From: Paraspadella gotoi
Lineage: Eukaryota > Animalia > Chaetognatha
Reading direction: 5' to 3'
DNA length: 64,000 nt
NCBI GenBank assembly: GCA_051294375.1
Contig: CM119268.1
Location: 11,067,587-11,131,586, forward strand
The translations under genes were made by a program, and so were the position numbers. Shown here one piece after another: positions 15,020 through 28,637 of this stretch. Position 1 is the first letter of the stretch. Every line of letters starts with the position of its first letter. The notes below the pieces were generated by a model. The model was given only the letters and a program-made list of their open reading frames with translations, made no database searches and had not been told where the DNA came from.

Positions 15020-16239
15020 AAGAAAGAGATGCGAAAGAGAGAGGCGTAATTCACTTGATCATGTGATTTTTTTTTATCTTCTTCATCTGGTTTTTCCGCA
15101 TGACGAATCGACAAAATCTGAGTCGTTCTCAGAATCAATAACTACTAAAAAGTACTATGATTTTTTTTGCTATATGATATTATAAATTAATATAACATCG
15201 CATGCACAGGTAGTATTTATTCCCACCAATGATTCTCTATTAAATATTAAATGATGAAATTGGTAAAACCAATATAAAAATTATCCATTCATTAATAAAT
15301 AAGCTATCTTGTCCCTGGACTTGGACAAACTTTGGTGGTTTAAGGCCTCCATCACCTTACAAGATAATAACATAGCAGGTTTCTTTAAGGTTTCAATCAG
15401 ACTCTCTCTACAGTCTTTGGTCTATTCACTCCCTGTGAACCTGGCTTCCCTATCAATGAAGTGGTTAATATTTCAAAGGATGAAATTGGTACAACAATAT
15501 TAAAAATTAGTATTTAATACTAACATTTGCAAAAACTAAGACAATCATTCAACTTTTTAAATCACTAGTTTCGTTCTAGTATTTGGCCAGTTGGCACTAA
15601 GTTTTAAATTTCTTTTAGAAGAAACGGTTATTTTCATCTTCGGCCAGTTGAACTATTATGTCAAATCTTTAGCTATTTCATTTTCACAATTTTCTTTTTC
15701 CAATCCCATCGTATTTTTAAAGTTATCAACCTACTACCTACTTCTTTTTACTATATAACAAAAGTCTAGATCTCTGCCAGAGCGAGAGTCGGCTTTTGTG
15801 TTCCCGCCCTCTCGCCGTAAACCGCGAAATCATTTTTCAAATTTAACGGTCGCGAGCGAATTCTATGGTCCTCACATTCAAGTTCAAACGTCTTTCGTAA
15901 TGACAGGTTAAATCTAATGGATCATATTTATCAGCCTGTTTCTACGACTAGACCTATAAAAATTTACAGCGATTTGGACTCACTTGTTTTTACGTTAAAA
16001 GTGTTCTCACATTTATAAATATAATACAAAATAAACTATGGGTACGATTCGTGAACATAAGTTCGCATTAATTGTCATTAACTTTTATTCGCGCATATTT
16101 ACGAATTTCTTCCAGACCAGTTATTGTCAGTAGCATTCGGAACCTATTACCAACTAATCGTAATTATTCATGACGATCTTTAAAGAAATAGTGGCCCCTA
16201 AAAGAGGGCCTTTTGGGTGGTTATGTCTAATCGAGCCTT

Positions 16240-19200
16240 TTAGTGCGCGTCGCGACGGATTCCGGCGAGCGAGACTGGATATCCTTGGGCATTGATAGTC
16301 ACGCGCTTAGCGTGGATGGCGCAAAGGTTGGTATCCTCGAAGAGACGACCAGCGATAAGCCTCAGAGACTCTTGCAGGCCATGACGGCAGAGCTTTGGAA
16401 GCGAAGATCGGTCTTGAAGTCCTGGGCGATCTTCGCGGACGAGACTGGAAGGCAGCTTGCGGAGTGAGGAGCTCGGTGGATTCTCGGTAGCGTCTTGATC
16501 TCGCGAAGGAGCCACAGTGCCTTGGCCTGTAGCGATGGGGCTTCTTGACACCGCAGTGCTGGAGCCGACTTCGGCGCCTTCGTGGCAAGCTGTTCCTCGG
16601 GGCCTGCCACCGGCTAGATTTACGAGCGGTTTGTTTGGTTCGCGCCATTCTTCAGAAAATTAGTGATTACGGAAGGTAAATGAATTTACGGAGGGATTTT
16701 TGAGTCGGAGCGAACGAGCCGCTGTTTTATACTGAGCCCGAGAGAGCTGCCTTCTGATTGGTCGAAATGTTCAGTAACATCCGATCCGTTGATCGACGTT
16801 GCCAATTCGGAACTAGTTGCTTCCACAGTTATAAGGAATTTAGCACGAATCTTTATTCTGTTAAATTTACCACATAAATAAATAATTAAATATCTATATT
16901 TACTAATATTAGTTCAGTCATGGCTTTTAGTGCATGGCTTTAGTACAACTCTTCAATTGTAACGAAAATCGCACTTGATTGATTTATTTGATCAGAGAAA
17001 GAATTATAAAATTAAAATTCCTAGGTTTTCCTTTAATTTGTCTGCCACTTTGTAGTCAACCGGGGAAGAAAGTTTATATGGATTTTTAAGCTATAGGTTA
17101 TAGGTTATAGCCACTGAGGCGCTGCGAAAGAAACAGCATTTAATCCATCTGTTGGTGATAGGACCACCAGAATAGGCTTATATTGTCCTCTTTGTCATTA
17201 ACATTTTTATATGGAGAGAAGCTTTGATGATTCTCTTTTTGTCATAATTTTGCCTTCTTTATAAACGAATAATAACATAATAATACGTTAATATGACACT
17301 ATCGTCGATTATTTTTATTTAAATTCGGGTGTTGACCAACGCTTTATAAACGATTACTAATCAAACTGTAGTTATATAACATATGTATTGATTAGGGTTA
17401 CGATACCGTTAACAGTTAACGTTATTAAACGATTAAATAATGTTTAACCTACACGCGTTAATATATTTTTTAACGGTTAAATCTCGGTTAATTTTAAATA
17501 TGATTTTTTTATTATTTTGGTATTAAAATCTTTGATTTTTTAAAAGAAAGTAAATTTTTTGTCCATTCTTATTCTCCTCTATGGTTCTGAAAAAATAAAA
17601 AAAAGAAAAACAAGCGTTCACGAACTGACATCAAGAAAAATAATGAAGAAGCAATAACTAAAGAAAAAGAGAAAGAGAGAGAAAGAAAAGACAAAACATA
17701 GAATTAGAATTACCTAGTGGTTTTTCTTTCTTTGTCCTTTTTATATATTTTTATTAATGCTATGAGCGTAAAAGAAAAAGTTTTGTAAATAAGATTTATC
17801 ACGAATGCCATTATCTGATTAGCTAAATTATCATAGTGGATTCAATAGTTGCTCAAATCAATTTTTTAATTTACTAATAAAAATGTGTACCTATCTATTC
17901 TTGAAATAGAAGATAAAAAAGATAAGGAGAAGAGTTAAAGATAAAATACTATTAAATACTTAGTTTTGATTTAAATCAATAATATTTTAAATTTAAAGGT
18001 AAAATCTATAAATTAACAGATTTTAACGGTTAACCGCTTAAAAATATTGCTTTTAACGGTTAAGCTAAATTTTTCAAAAATTAACGGTTATTGGACCCTA
18101 GTATTGATTCAGTATTTACGACTAGTATTTTTTCAAACTATAGAAATTGATGTTTCAGAGATTGAAATTACGAAGAGAAAAATTAATGTTGATATTCGAC
18201 CAATAATAAACGTATAAAAGAGAAAATGTGTAATTTCTGTCACAATCTCATTTCGCGCTGACAAGGCTAACTCCATTGGATTGCGAAAATCTTATACAAC
18301 CATGCAACAACATCGAATTAACACTTTTTAGTAGAGGATGACTCGAATCGACTCACTCCTATCCGGAGTTTTCGTAATCTTTTGTTCTCAATCCCATCTT
18401 TTACAAGCAGCTCTTAAAGATAATCTAATCATCACAATCATGTCATTATTGTAACCTATATAATTCAAAATAACTTTCGAAGTGAAACGGCTCTCTTTAT
18501 TCACAATCAAGACAAAAGTGCGACTCGGCAACCGTTGCTATTCTTATCATTTTTTTTATTCATTTTTGAGGTTCGCACGAAACGTTTTGCTCGTGAAGAC
18601 GATCTCCCGCTCAACCGTGCCACTCATCCCCGTTGCCTTCGCCTGATTAGTCAATTTCGTCGAAGGCACTCGTAGCTGATTGGTGCTTATCAGTAAGCAG
18701 GCAGCCGTTGAGGATACGATCGAAAAGATATATATTATAGGGCTCCCTTCAGTATCCATCTCTCTTGGGTTTTTTCCATCTCATCATACTCATCTATTAT
18801 AACTCAATATGTCTGGACGTGGAAAAGGTGGGCAAGGGCTCGGAAAAGGGAGGCAGCCAAGCGTCATCGCAAAGTTTCTTCGTGACAACACTCCAACGGC
18901 ATCACAAGCCCGCCATTCGCCGTCTCGCCCGCCGTCGGCGGTTGTCAAGCGTATCTCCCCGGTCTCATCTACGAGGAAACTCGTGCGTCCTCAAGGTCTC
19001 CTCGGAGAACGTCATTCAGAGATTGCCGTTACTTACACAGAGCACGCAAGCGTAAGACCGTCACCGCCATGGACGTCGTCTACGGCTCTCAAGCGCCAAA
19101 GGCCGCACCCTGTACGGTTTCGGCGGTTAGGAAGATGTTTCTAAATCATTACTTACCACCCCAACGGCCCTTTTAAGCCGGCCACAAACATTTCAAAGAT

Positions 19201-21046
19201 TGTCGAAGTACTATTTTTTTCTGGTTGCTGCTGCTAAAAAGCTTTGAAAGAAATAATTCTTCTATTCGTGTTCAGAATTCTATTGATTACAAGTTAAATC
19301 AGTAATCTTAAATTATTCGTTAGAAAATTTCCATTTGAGACAGTTATTTTTCTGAAAGAAAGTCAGTGATGCTTCTGGGAGAGCGACAGCGGAAATAACT
19401 ATATATTTATAAATTATATTTTCTCGTCGCGAAAACTTCATGCGCGATGGCTTTAGGAAAGATAGCTTTATAGGAAAGTTTAGAATTATCCCCACCGCCA
19501 AAGCCTTCAATTAACTGTGGGCAAACTGGAAATTTTGTCGCAATCAGCTTTCTGCAACGTGGGGGAGATAGCTTATGAAAATGATGCAACTTAATATAAA
19601 ATTATTTCAATTATCCATCTTGACCTGACTTAAAGAAGGGCTTTCGTTGTTTCAGGCCCATTGCAATGACTCCGTTATTCCGAAACTTCGTGGATTTTAG
19701 CAATTTTTGAATTTAACCACTAGTGACGAAGCGTAAGATGAGTTAATATGGTTTAATTTTCATACCCGATTTACGGCTCGTTTTTTAACACAACTTTTTA
19801 GAAATTTTACTGCCGATATTTTTCGAAGAGAACTGAACGAGCACATCTAACTTTCGGAAACTGGCAAAACTAACCAATTAGTAGTAGGTTATTATCAATA
19901 AAAAATTGACAGATCTTTTTAGAGATTTTTGGGCAGCCCTAAAAAGGGCTATTGTGTGTGTTTATTTAGTAACTCTTACTTCTTCTCGGTCTTCTTGGGC
20001 AGAAGGACAGCCTGAATGTAGGCAGGACGCCTCTTGAGCGATGGTGACTCCAGAGAGAAGGTTTGTTCATTCCTTCGTCATTACGGATGGGCAGTTTGAA
20101 GGATGACGGGGGATGATTCTCGTCTCTTGTTATCGGCGAGCCGCATTTCCCGCAACTTCAGAAAGGATCTAGCCGTAAGATATTCGAGGGACGGCAGCCA
20201 ACGAGACCGGAGCACCAGCTCCGACCGCGCTTCGCGTATGCCTTTTGCGCAGACGAACCTGTGCACACGGCCGACAGAAATGAAGGCCAGCGCCGGCTGG
20301 AACGGCCTCTTTGCCTTTCCCTTTGGATTTTCCGCCTTTTCACTGTCCAGACATATGTGATGAGAGAGTAGTTATCAAAATTTTTATAAATTCAAGATCC
20401 CGAGTATGAGTGTATGCCAATTTTCGTGCAAGATCGCTTTTTATACGAACTAGTCGGATCGAGACATCGCGAAGAAAATTTTGGCTCCGATCCTATTGGT
20501 CGAAAGGATTCTCGATCCGACCAATCAAAAGGCATTCGTTTCAATCTGCGAAATAAGCTCGAGTCGTCGATCCTCCGACCGAGTATAAATAGAGAGGCAC
20601 TAAAAAGCATCGTCATTCGTTTAAAACGATTTCTTCGCGATCTTAGTTTCGTTCATTTAAACTCAAAAGACCATGCCTCCCAGGTTTCTTCGAAGGGTGC
20701 CAAGAAGGCGGCAAGGCTAAGGCCTCCCGTTCCTGGCGGCGAGAAGAAGAAGAAGAGAAGCGTAAGGAATCTTACGCCGATACTACACTCCTACAAGTGT
20801 TGAAGCAAGTTGCACCCCGATACTGGTTGTCTCATCCAAGGCCATGAGCATCATGAATCGTTCGTCAATGACATCTTCGAACGCATCGCGGGCTGAGGCT
20901 TTCCCGCTGCCCACCTACAACAAGTGGACGACCATCACTCCAGGAGATCCAGACGGCGCTCAGGCTTCTACTCCCCGGTGAATTGGGCCAGACGCCGTCT
21001 CTGGAGGGCACCAGGGCCGTCACCAAATTACACCAGCTCCAAGTAG
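16240..21046. pseudogene. Frameshifted inverted copy 2 of histone quartet: H3 16240-16648(-), H4 18809-19130(+), H2A 19976-20354(-), H2B 20673-21046(+); probably sequencing error, not a true pseudogene
   Basis: Reverse complement of 744-5528 with many 1-bp indels. Confidence 0.35.
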
Positions 21047-22618
21047 ATCTTCGAAGACTATCTGACGCGATCACCCCAAAAGCCCTTTTTTAGGGCTTGC
21101 CATTATATTCTCGAAAGATTGATTGAAATATTCCCTTATTTATCTACTGCTTTTTTAACTTTTATATATGATGATATTATACATACCGTGTTTAATCGAA
21201 CTACATGGTAAATTCTATTTAATTTTGAACATCCGAAACTTTTTCTTACGAATACGGCCTCAAAACGAAACCATGCTATAATGAGGCGACTGAAATTTCG
21301 TATAAAAAGAGGAAACGTGAATATAAGTTTATTCCTTCTCGCCAATAGCGTTAGGAATAAATTATACAAGAGATAAACTCAGCAACGAAACATGATCGAT
21401 AGTCGCGTCTCACGGCAAGCCTCAACTTATCTTCTTTCGTGCAATTCCTAGCTCTTGCTTGTCAGCATTGTTGTCAATTTCGGCATCGGTCGTTTACTCG
21501 TTAGGTCTTTCGCCTTTCTAGCTTTCCGCATCTAACCAACCCACCGCCCCCCCCCCCCCCATCACACCCCCCCCCATCCCACCCCCCCCATCCCCCCCCC
21601 ATCCCCCCCCCACCCCCCCCCCCCCAATAAAAGAGGAAAGGGAACGAGAAAAAGAGAGAGGGAGAGAGGGAAAGAGCGAGAGAAAAAGAGGGAATGAGAG
21701 AGAGAAGGAGAGTTCCGGCATCAGTTGAAATCAAAAGGAACTGAGAGATCAAAAGAAAGAAAAAACCGAAAAAAGTAAAAAAAATAAAAATAAACGATAC
21801 TTTTAGAAAGAAAAAAAAGAAAGAAATAAAGAAAGAAAAAGAAAGAAAAAAAAAGAAAAAGAAAGAAAAAAAACTGTCTTGGCGTTTGGGGTCTAAAAAA
21901 CCTTTCTCCCCTCTCGCCTTTTCGGAAGCTCTTTCCGTTTCCATTTAAAACTCCCCAGTTTTATTTCTTTTCTTTTCTTCCTCCTTTTCCTCACTTTCCT
22001 CCTTTTCTTGTGAGAATTTTTCTCCTCTCTCCATCGATTTACACAGTGGACATTTTATATAAAATTTCTATTCCTCTTTCAATCCGTGATTCACTTTATG
22101 AAACTTCCTTTTGTTTAATCACTGTGAAAGCTTAAAAGGTATGGGTAGGTTATCATTTTATAAGAGGGATAGAGGTTTAAAACTATCATGAGTAATTTTT
22201 ACACGCATTGAATGTACCATTTTATTAAACATCATTCTTTCCTTAATAAAATTTCTTCTATTTACTATTCTATACGTACATACGTACATACAATGTACAT
22301 ATTATTAAATAGATTCCTCCTGAAGTCCAAGGTTCCCTCTCGAGTAGAAGGCGAGCCGGCTTTTCTCCAAATCAAGATGGCGACCAAAAAACTAAAGAAA
22401 CTGGGAAACTGATTGTGTTTAAAACTTGGAGGAAGAAGTAAGAGAAAATGGGAAAGATCTGAAGGAGGTCGCGAATCAATTATTTGGTCGGTAAAGGAGA
22501 TTGAAACTTCGGATCTCTTATTTACTCTCCACCTAAAAAACGGTTTTTTTTCGGGGGGAGGTTGGNNNNNNNNNNNNNNNNNNNNNNNNNCCTGGTTCAC
22601 ATCTTTAAGTAGGAAAAG

Positions 22619-22698
<80 letters not shown>

Positions 22699-22770
22699 TT
22701 CTCCTTCTCTTTCCTCTCCTCTCCTCTCTCTCTCTCTCTCTTTCTTCTCTCTCTCTCTCTCCTCTCTCTC

Positions 22771-22802
<32 letters not shown>

Positions 22803-24646
22803 CTTCTTTCTCCCTTCTCCTCTCTTACGGCTTCCCTTTTCAAGCTTCTCTTTCACTTCACCTTTCTCCCAACTTCCAACCTCCCCCCGAAAAAAAAAAA
22901 CCGTTTTTAGGTGGAGAGTAAAATAAGAGATCACGAATTTCAATCTCCTTTACCGACAATAATTGATTCGCGACCTCTTCAGATCTTCCCATTTTCTCTT
23001 ACTTCTTCCTCCAAGTTTTAAACACAATCAGTTTTCCCAGTTTCTTAGTTTTTTGGTCGCATCTTGATTTGGAGAAAAGCCGGCACGCCTTCTACTCGAG
23101 AGGAACCAGACTTCAGGAGAATCTATTATACTAATATGTACATGTGTGTTACGTATTAACGTATAAGATAGTCAATATATAAAAAATTATATTAAGGAAA
23201 AGAATGAGCTTCAGAAATTGGTACATTCAATTGCGTGTAAAAATTGTTCATGATAGTTTTAAACCTCCTCCCTCTTATAAATCATAACATACCCATACCC
23301 TCTAACTTCATCAAGTGATTAACAAAAGGTAAGTTTCATATAGTGAATCACGGGATTTGAAAGAGGAATCGAAAATTTAATAAAATGGTCCACTGTGCAA
23401 ATTCGATGGAGAGAGGAAAAAATTCTCACCAGCAGAAAAGGAGGAAAGTGGCGAGGAAAGGAGGAGAAAGAAAAGAAAAAGCAAAAAAAAAGAAAAGGAG
23501 GAAGTGAGAAAGGAGGAAAAAAAGAAAAAAAAAAACTGGGAGTTTTTAAATGGAAACCGGAAAGGGCTTCCGAAAAGGCGAGAGGGAGAAAAAGTTTTAG
23601 ACCCCAAACGCAAGACGTTTTTTTTTTTTCTTTGATCCAAAGCTTTCTAAACCTAAAAGTTATCGTTTATTTTTTATTTTTTAAACTTTTTAACGGTTTT
23701 TTCTTTCTTTTGATATCTCAGTCCTTTTGATTTCAACCGATGCCGGAACTCTCCTCTCTCTCTCTCATTCTCTTCTTTCTCTCGCTCTCTCCCTCTTCTT
23801 TTTCTCGTTCCCTTTCCTCTTTTCCTCCCCCCCTCTTTAATCGCTTCCTCCTCTCCCAACGGTCACCTTGAAGATGGAAACAGAAATGTCCGACTTCATT
23901 GGCCAGTAGATTGGAAATCGAGTCTATCCATCGTCACCGTCAGCACCAAAGCACGCTGGACAGCGGACTGCGTCCATTGATCACGAAGAACGCAACGTCG
24001 CTGTTTGGCGAATGAGGGGAAGGGGGGGCGGAGTAGGCGGGAGTGGGCGTGGCAGAGCGGTTGCGGAGTACACGAGGAGGGAAAGGGAGAGAAGTTGCAT
24101 ATATATTAATCATATGATTAACAGTTTGAATACTTAAGAATCTTACGGCGCTTTGAAATGAGATTTGGATAAAGAAGGAACAGGACGAGGAGGGGAACGG
24201 GAAAAGGAGGAGAAGAGGAGGACCAGTTTTAATGAGAGTTATGGGTGCGAAAGAGAAAGAAAATAAAGGAAATTTAATCAAACTCCCGGTTTCCATATAA
24301 ATGTATTGAGCGGGGAGGGCAAACGTTGATACAACGAAAGAATCGAGCCTCGTAAGTTACCGTACAACTATGGTTTTCGTGATAGATCAGGATTTTTTTG
24401 CTTAAATAAAACGGTGAAAGGTGAGGGAAAAAAAAAAGTCGCGGCATCAAAAATGCAGCAGCATAAAGCGAAAGAGAACGACAGGTTGATCTCTTCTTTC
24501 TTTGTACTGATCAACAAGAAAAAAAAAAAGGTTTTATGCACTGAGGAAGAGCGAATTTACATTTTTTTTTCGCTCGGTCTCTCTCTCTCTCCCCCCTCTC
24601 GTCTATTCTCTCTCCTCTCTCTCTCTCTCTCTCTCCTCTTCTTCTC

Positions 24647-24677
<31 letters not shown>

Positions 24678-27365
24678 CCTTCTCTTTCTCCTTCTCACAC
24701 ACACTTTCGTCTCTTTAATATAAAACCTTGTGTTATAAAAATATATCACGGACAACGAGGCGCTAGAAAAAAGAGCAGAGAAAATCAAGATACACTGTTA
24801 ATGATGATTATGATGACGATGACGATAACGAAGATAAAAAGATGATATTTATTAGATCAAGATCAATTAGTACGTATACCATACAATCCAAGTTATCGAA
24901 CTTAAAAATTTTTAGGACATTTCGGGTTCTGCTTTTAATTGTCTGTGAAGATAACCTTTTGCAGTTAGATTTTTGTAAACTTAAAGTTTTTTAAATGCTT
25001 GTATAAATAACGAGATATGAATGTATTTTCGGCTACGACGACCGAGAGACGTGAACTTGTAACGGGCGAACACGTTCGGATGACACCGGGTTTCAGGGAT
25101 TAAAACGTACGAGCGGAGGAAATCGGTGGGAAACATAGATTCGAGGAAAACTATTTTTTTTTATGGAATGGCGTGGAAAATCGGCGAAGGTCAAATCCGG
25201 GGTTAGAGGTGGCGATGGGGAGAAGATAGGGTGCAGGGGTTATGGATGGACGGAGAAGAGGTAATAATAGGGCGGTGTAAAGAAATAGGTTAGGGTGGAA
25301 AGAGAATAAAAATGAATTGGACAACCAATATAAAATTATAATTATAAAAAAAATATTAGAGAGAATGAAAGAAAATAAACGCAGTAAGAGAGAAGGGAGA
25401 GTTAAAGATCCTCACGAAGCCTTTCAAATTTAATCAGGAACTGGATCGGCGCATAGTGTTACGAACAAACCGCTATCGAAGGAAGACGAGTACACATTTG
25501 CTCGTGCGGCGACATGTAATCGCGCGTCTCCAGTACTTTCTATGAAACAGTTGATATCTCAGCCCGGTAATAATTAGCCGGATTTCGTCCTTCCGCGGCG
25601 CAGATGCATAATGGCTGTTCGTGAATTACATTCGTCCGCAAATCAGAATCGCATAAGAGGAAGCTTTGGAAAGTGGGGAAAATATTAATCGTTTCCTTAA
25701 TCGCCGTGGGAAGCCTTCTCCTCAGACGCCTCCGTCACCCGTCGCCTGCGCCTCTATGCCGGTGCGTCTCCGCCACACCTGCAGCCGCCACCGCAGCCGC
25801 CGCCGCCGCTTCTCACGAACATCTCGCTGAAATTGTTTGACCAAAAACCGCTTGTCAACTAAATAATGCGTCGTATTCGCCAGTAAAACAACGACGGCCA
25901 TTCTTAAATTTTTTTTCGTCTGGAACCCGCTAACACTTAAAACAATGAAAAAACAACATCCGATAAAATCAAAAACAACGGAAAAAACGAGGGGGGGTGT
26001 TAGCTCGCGCTTTAAAATCCTAGACTAGTCGACAAAGATAGAAAGGGAAAGAAAAGTCGAGGGATTTAAAATTAGAAGGAATCCGAAACATTGTTTTTGT
26101 TCTTTTTTTTCTCTTTCATTTTATATTCCTAAAAAAATAAGAGAAGGAAGCAGGAATCGGTCAGTGAGTGGGAGGGAAAGATTTCTGGAGACCACAGGCC
26201 TCCAATCCGTCTAATCTATTTTTCCAATACAACCCCTGGCATGTATTTTCTCTGTCTCTGTCTCTCTCGACTCTCCTCTCTCTCTCTCTCTGTCAGCGTT
26301 CATGATAATATTGACGAAGGAAAAAAAAAATGTTCTGGTGACTCCATTGTCTTTCGTATGTTTTTCCCACTCTCCCTCATCACCGTACAAACGTAAGTTC
26401 CCATATTTGTCGAAGCTGACAGCGGCGATCAATGGCGCAAAGAGTGACTCCATCGGACAGCCGAGAGAAGGCCAATAGTTGGCCGTGTGGAGGGATCGCA
26501 TGTGGCGCCGGAGATCCAGACCGAGAAGCAAAGGGCGTTCCTTGTGTAAGAGACGGGGAGGTTGGAACTGGTAGGCAGAGGCGGGTTTTCAAACGGGATT
26601 AAGGGGTTGAGTAAATTGATTAAATGGCCTTGTTGATATGCAGGGTTACGTAAGAGTAAACCGCGTTTTCAGAGAGAATACCTTCTAATTCCTTGTAGAC
26701 TGGCGAAAAATTTCATTTGAACCGTGATTCATCTGACCTCTTATCCCTCACACAATACGAGGCGATAAAACGTCAACCGTAATCACTTACAGCACATTCA
26801 CGCAGCATTTCTTTTCCATTTCACACCCCATTCTTCTTTTTTCATCGTGTGATATTCTCATTATTCTTTTAAATTCTTCCCATGCCCTATCTTTTCTCGG
26901 CAGGACCAAATCCTCGGGGGGTAAGCCAACAAAAAAGCCAGGTCATAGTTTATGTATATTATTATTTCATCTTAAACTAATAACCTTTCCGTTTTTATTT
27001 AATTATATTTTATTTATTTTCTTCTTATCCCCTTTTCAATCTTCCACTTCATCGCCAACTCTTCTATTCATCACTATTACCTTTTCTTCCTCACCTGATC
27101 CTCTCCCCAACTCCTTCTTCCCTCCAACCAATCGACTCACCGTCTTCCCTTCCCCTACCCACCCAATCCTCACCCAAGATCCCGGAAGACGCAGATGTGA
27201 TGACGAAGCACTCTCGAATCGAAAATGGCGGCGAACGTCCGCTGCTGAAAAGCCAACGCCGCGCCGAACCCGGAAGGAAGGCCGAACGCTTCTGAATGGT
27301 GGACGAAGGAGCGAGGGAGGGAGATGAGATGGAGAGGAGAAGAGAGAGAAGAGAGAGAAGGGGAG

Positions 27366-27413
<48 letters not shown>

Positions 27414-28637
27414 AGAAGAGAAGAGAGATGAAAGAGTGAGAGGCGTAATTCACTTGATCATTGATTTTTTTTTATCTTCTTCATCTGGTTTATTCCCGCA
27501 TCACGAACGCACAAAATCTGAGTCGTTCTCAGAATCAATAACTACTAAAAAGTCTAGATTTTTTTTGCTATATGAATTATAAATTATATAACATCGCATG
27601 CACAGGTAGTATTTTTCCCCCAATGATTCTCTATTAAATATTAAATGATGAAATTGGTAAAACAATATAAAAATTATCCATTCATTATAATAAGCTATCT
27701 TGTCCCTGGACTTGGACAAACTTTGGTGGTTTAAGGCCTCCATCACCTTACAAGATAATAACATGCATGTTTCTTTTAAGGTTTCAATCAGACTCTCCTC
27801 TACAGTCTTTGTCTATTCACTCCCTGTAACCTGCTTCCCTATCAATGAAGTGGTTAATATTTCAAAGATGAAATTGGTACAACCAATATTAAAAATTAGA
27901 GTATTTAATACTAACATTTTGCAAAAACTAAGACAATCATTCAACTTTTTAAATCACTAAGTTTCGTTCTAGTATTTGGCAGTTGGCACTAAAGTTTTAA
28001 GATTTCTTTTAGAAGAAACGGTTATTTTCATCTTCGGCCAGTGAACTATTATGTCAAATTTTAGGCTATTCATTTTCACAATTTTCTTTTTTGAATCCAT
28101 CGTATTTTTAAAGTTATCAACCTACCTACTTCTTTTTACTATATACAAAAGTCAGATCTCTGCCAGAGCGAGAGTCGGCTTTTGTGTTCCGCCCTCTCGC
28201 CGTAAACCGCGAAATCATTTTTCAAATTTACGGTTCGCGAGCGAATTCTATGGTCCTCACATTTCAAGTTCAAACGTCTTTCGTAATGACAGGTTAAATC
28301 TAATGGACATATTATCAGCCTGTTTCTACGACTACGACCATAAAAATTTACAGCGAATTTACTTCACTTGTTTATTTACGTTAAAAGTGTTGCTCACATT
28401 TAAATATATAATCAAAAAATAAACTATGGCGTACGATTCGTGAACATAAAGTTCGCAATTAATTGTCATTAACTTTTATTCGCGCACTATTTACGAATTT
28501 CTTCCAAGACCAGTTATTGTCAAGTAGCATTCGGAACCTATTATCCAACTAATCGTAATTATTCATGACGATCATTTTAAAGAAATATGCCCCTAAAAGA
28601 GGGCCACTTTTGGGGTGGTTATGTCTAATCGAGCCTT

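Noticed and set aside
21541-21624. Poly-C tract (repeated at about 34013-34097) as G-quadruplex, telomere-like or recombination site
   Set aside because: Lies exactly where the noisy copies end, is identical in both and is absent from the clean copy near position 281; looks like low-quality read tail; no intact SMRTbell adapter recognised
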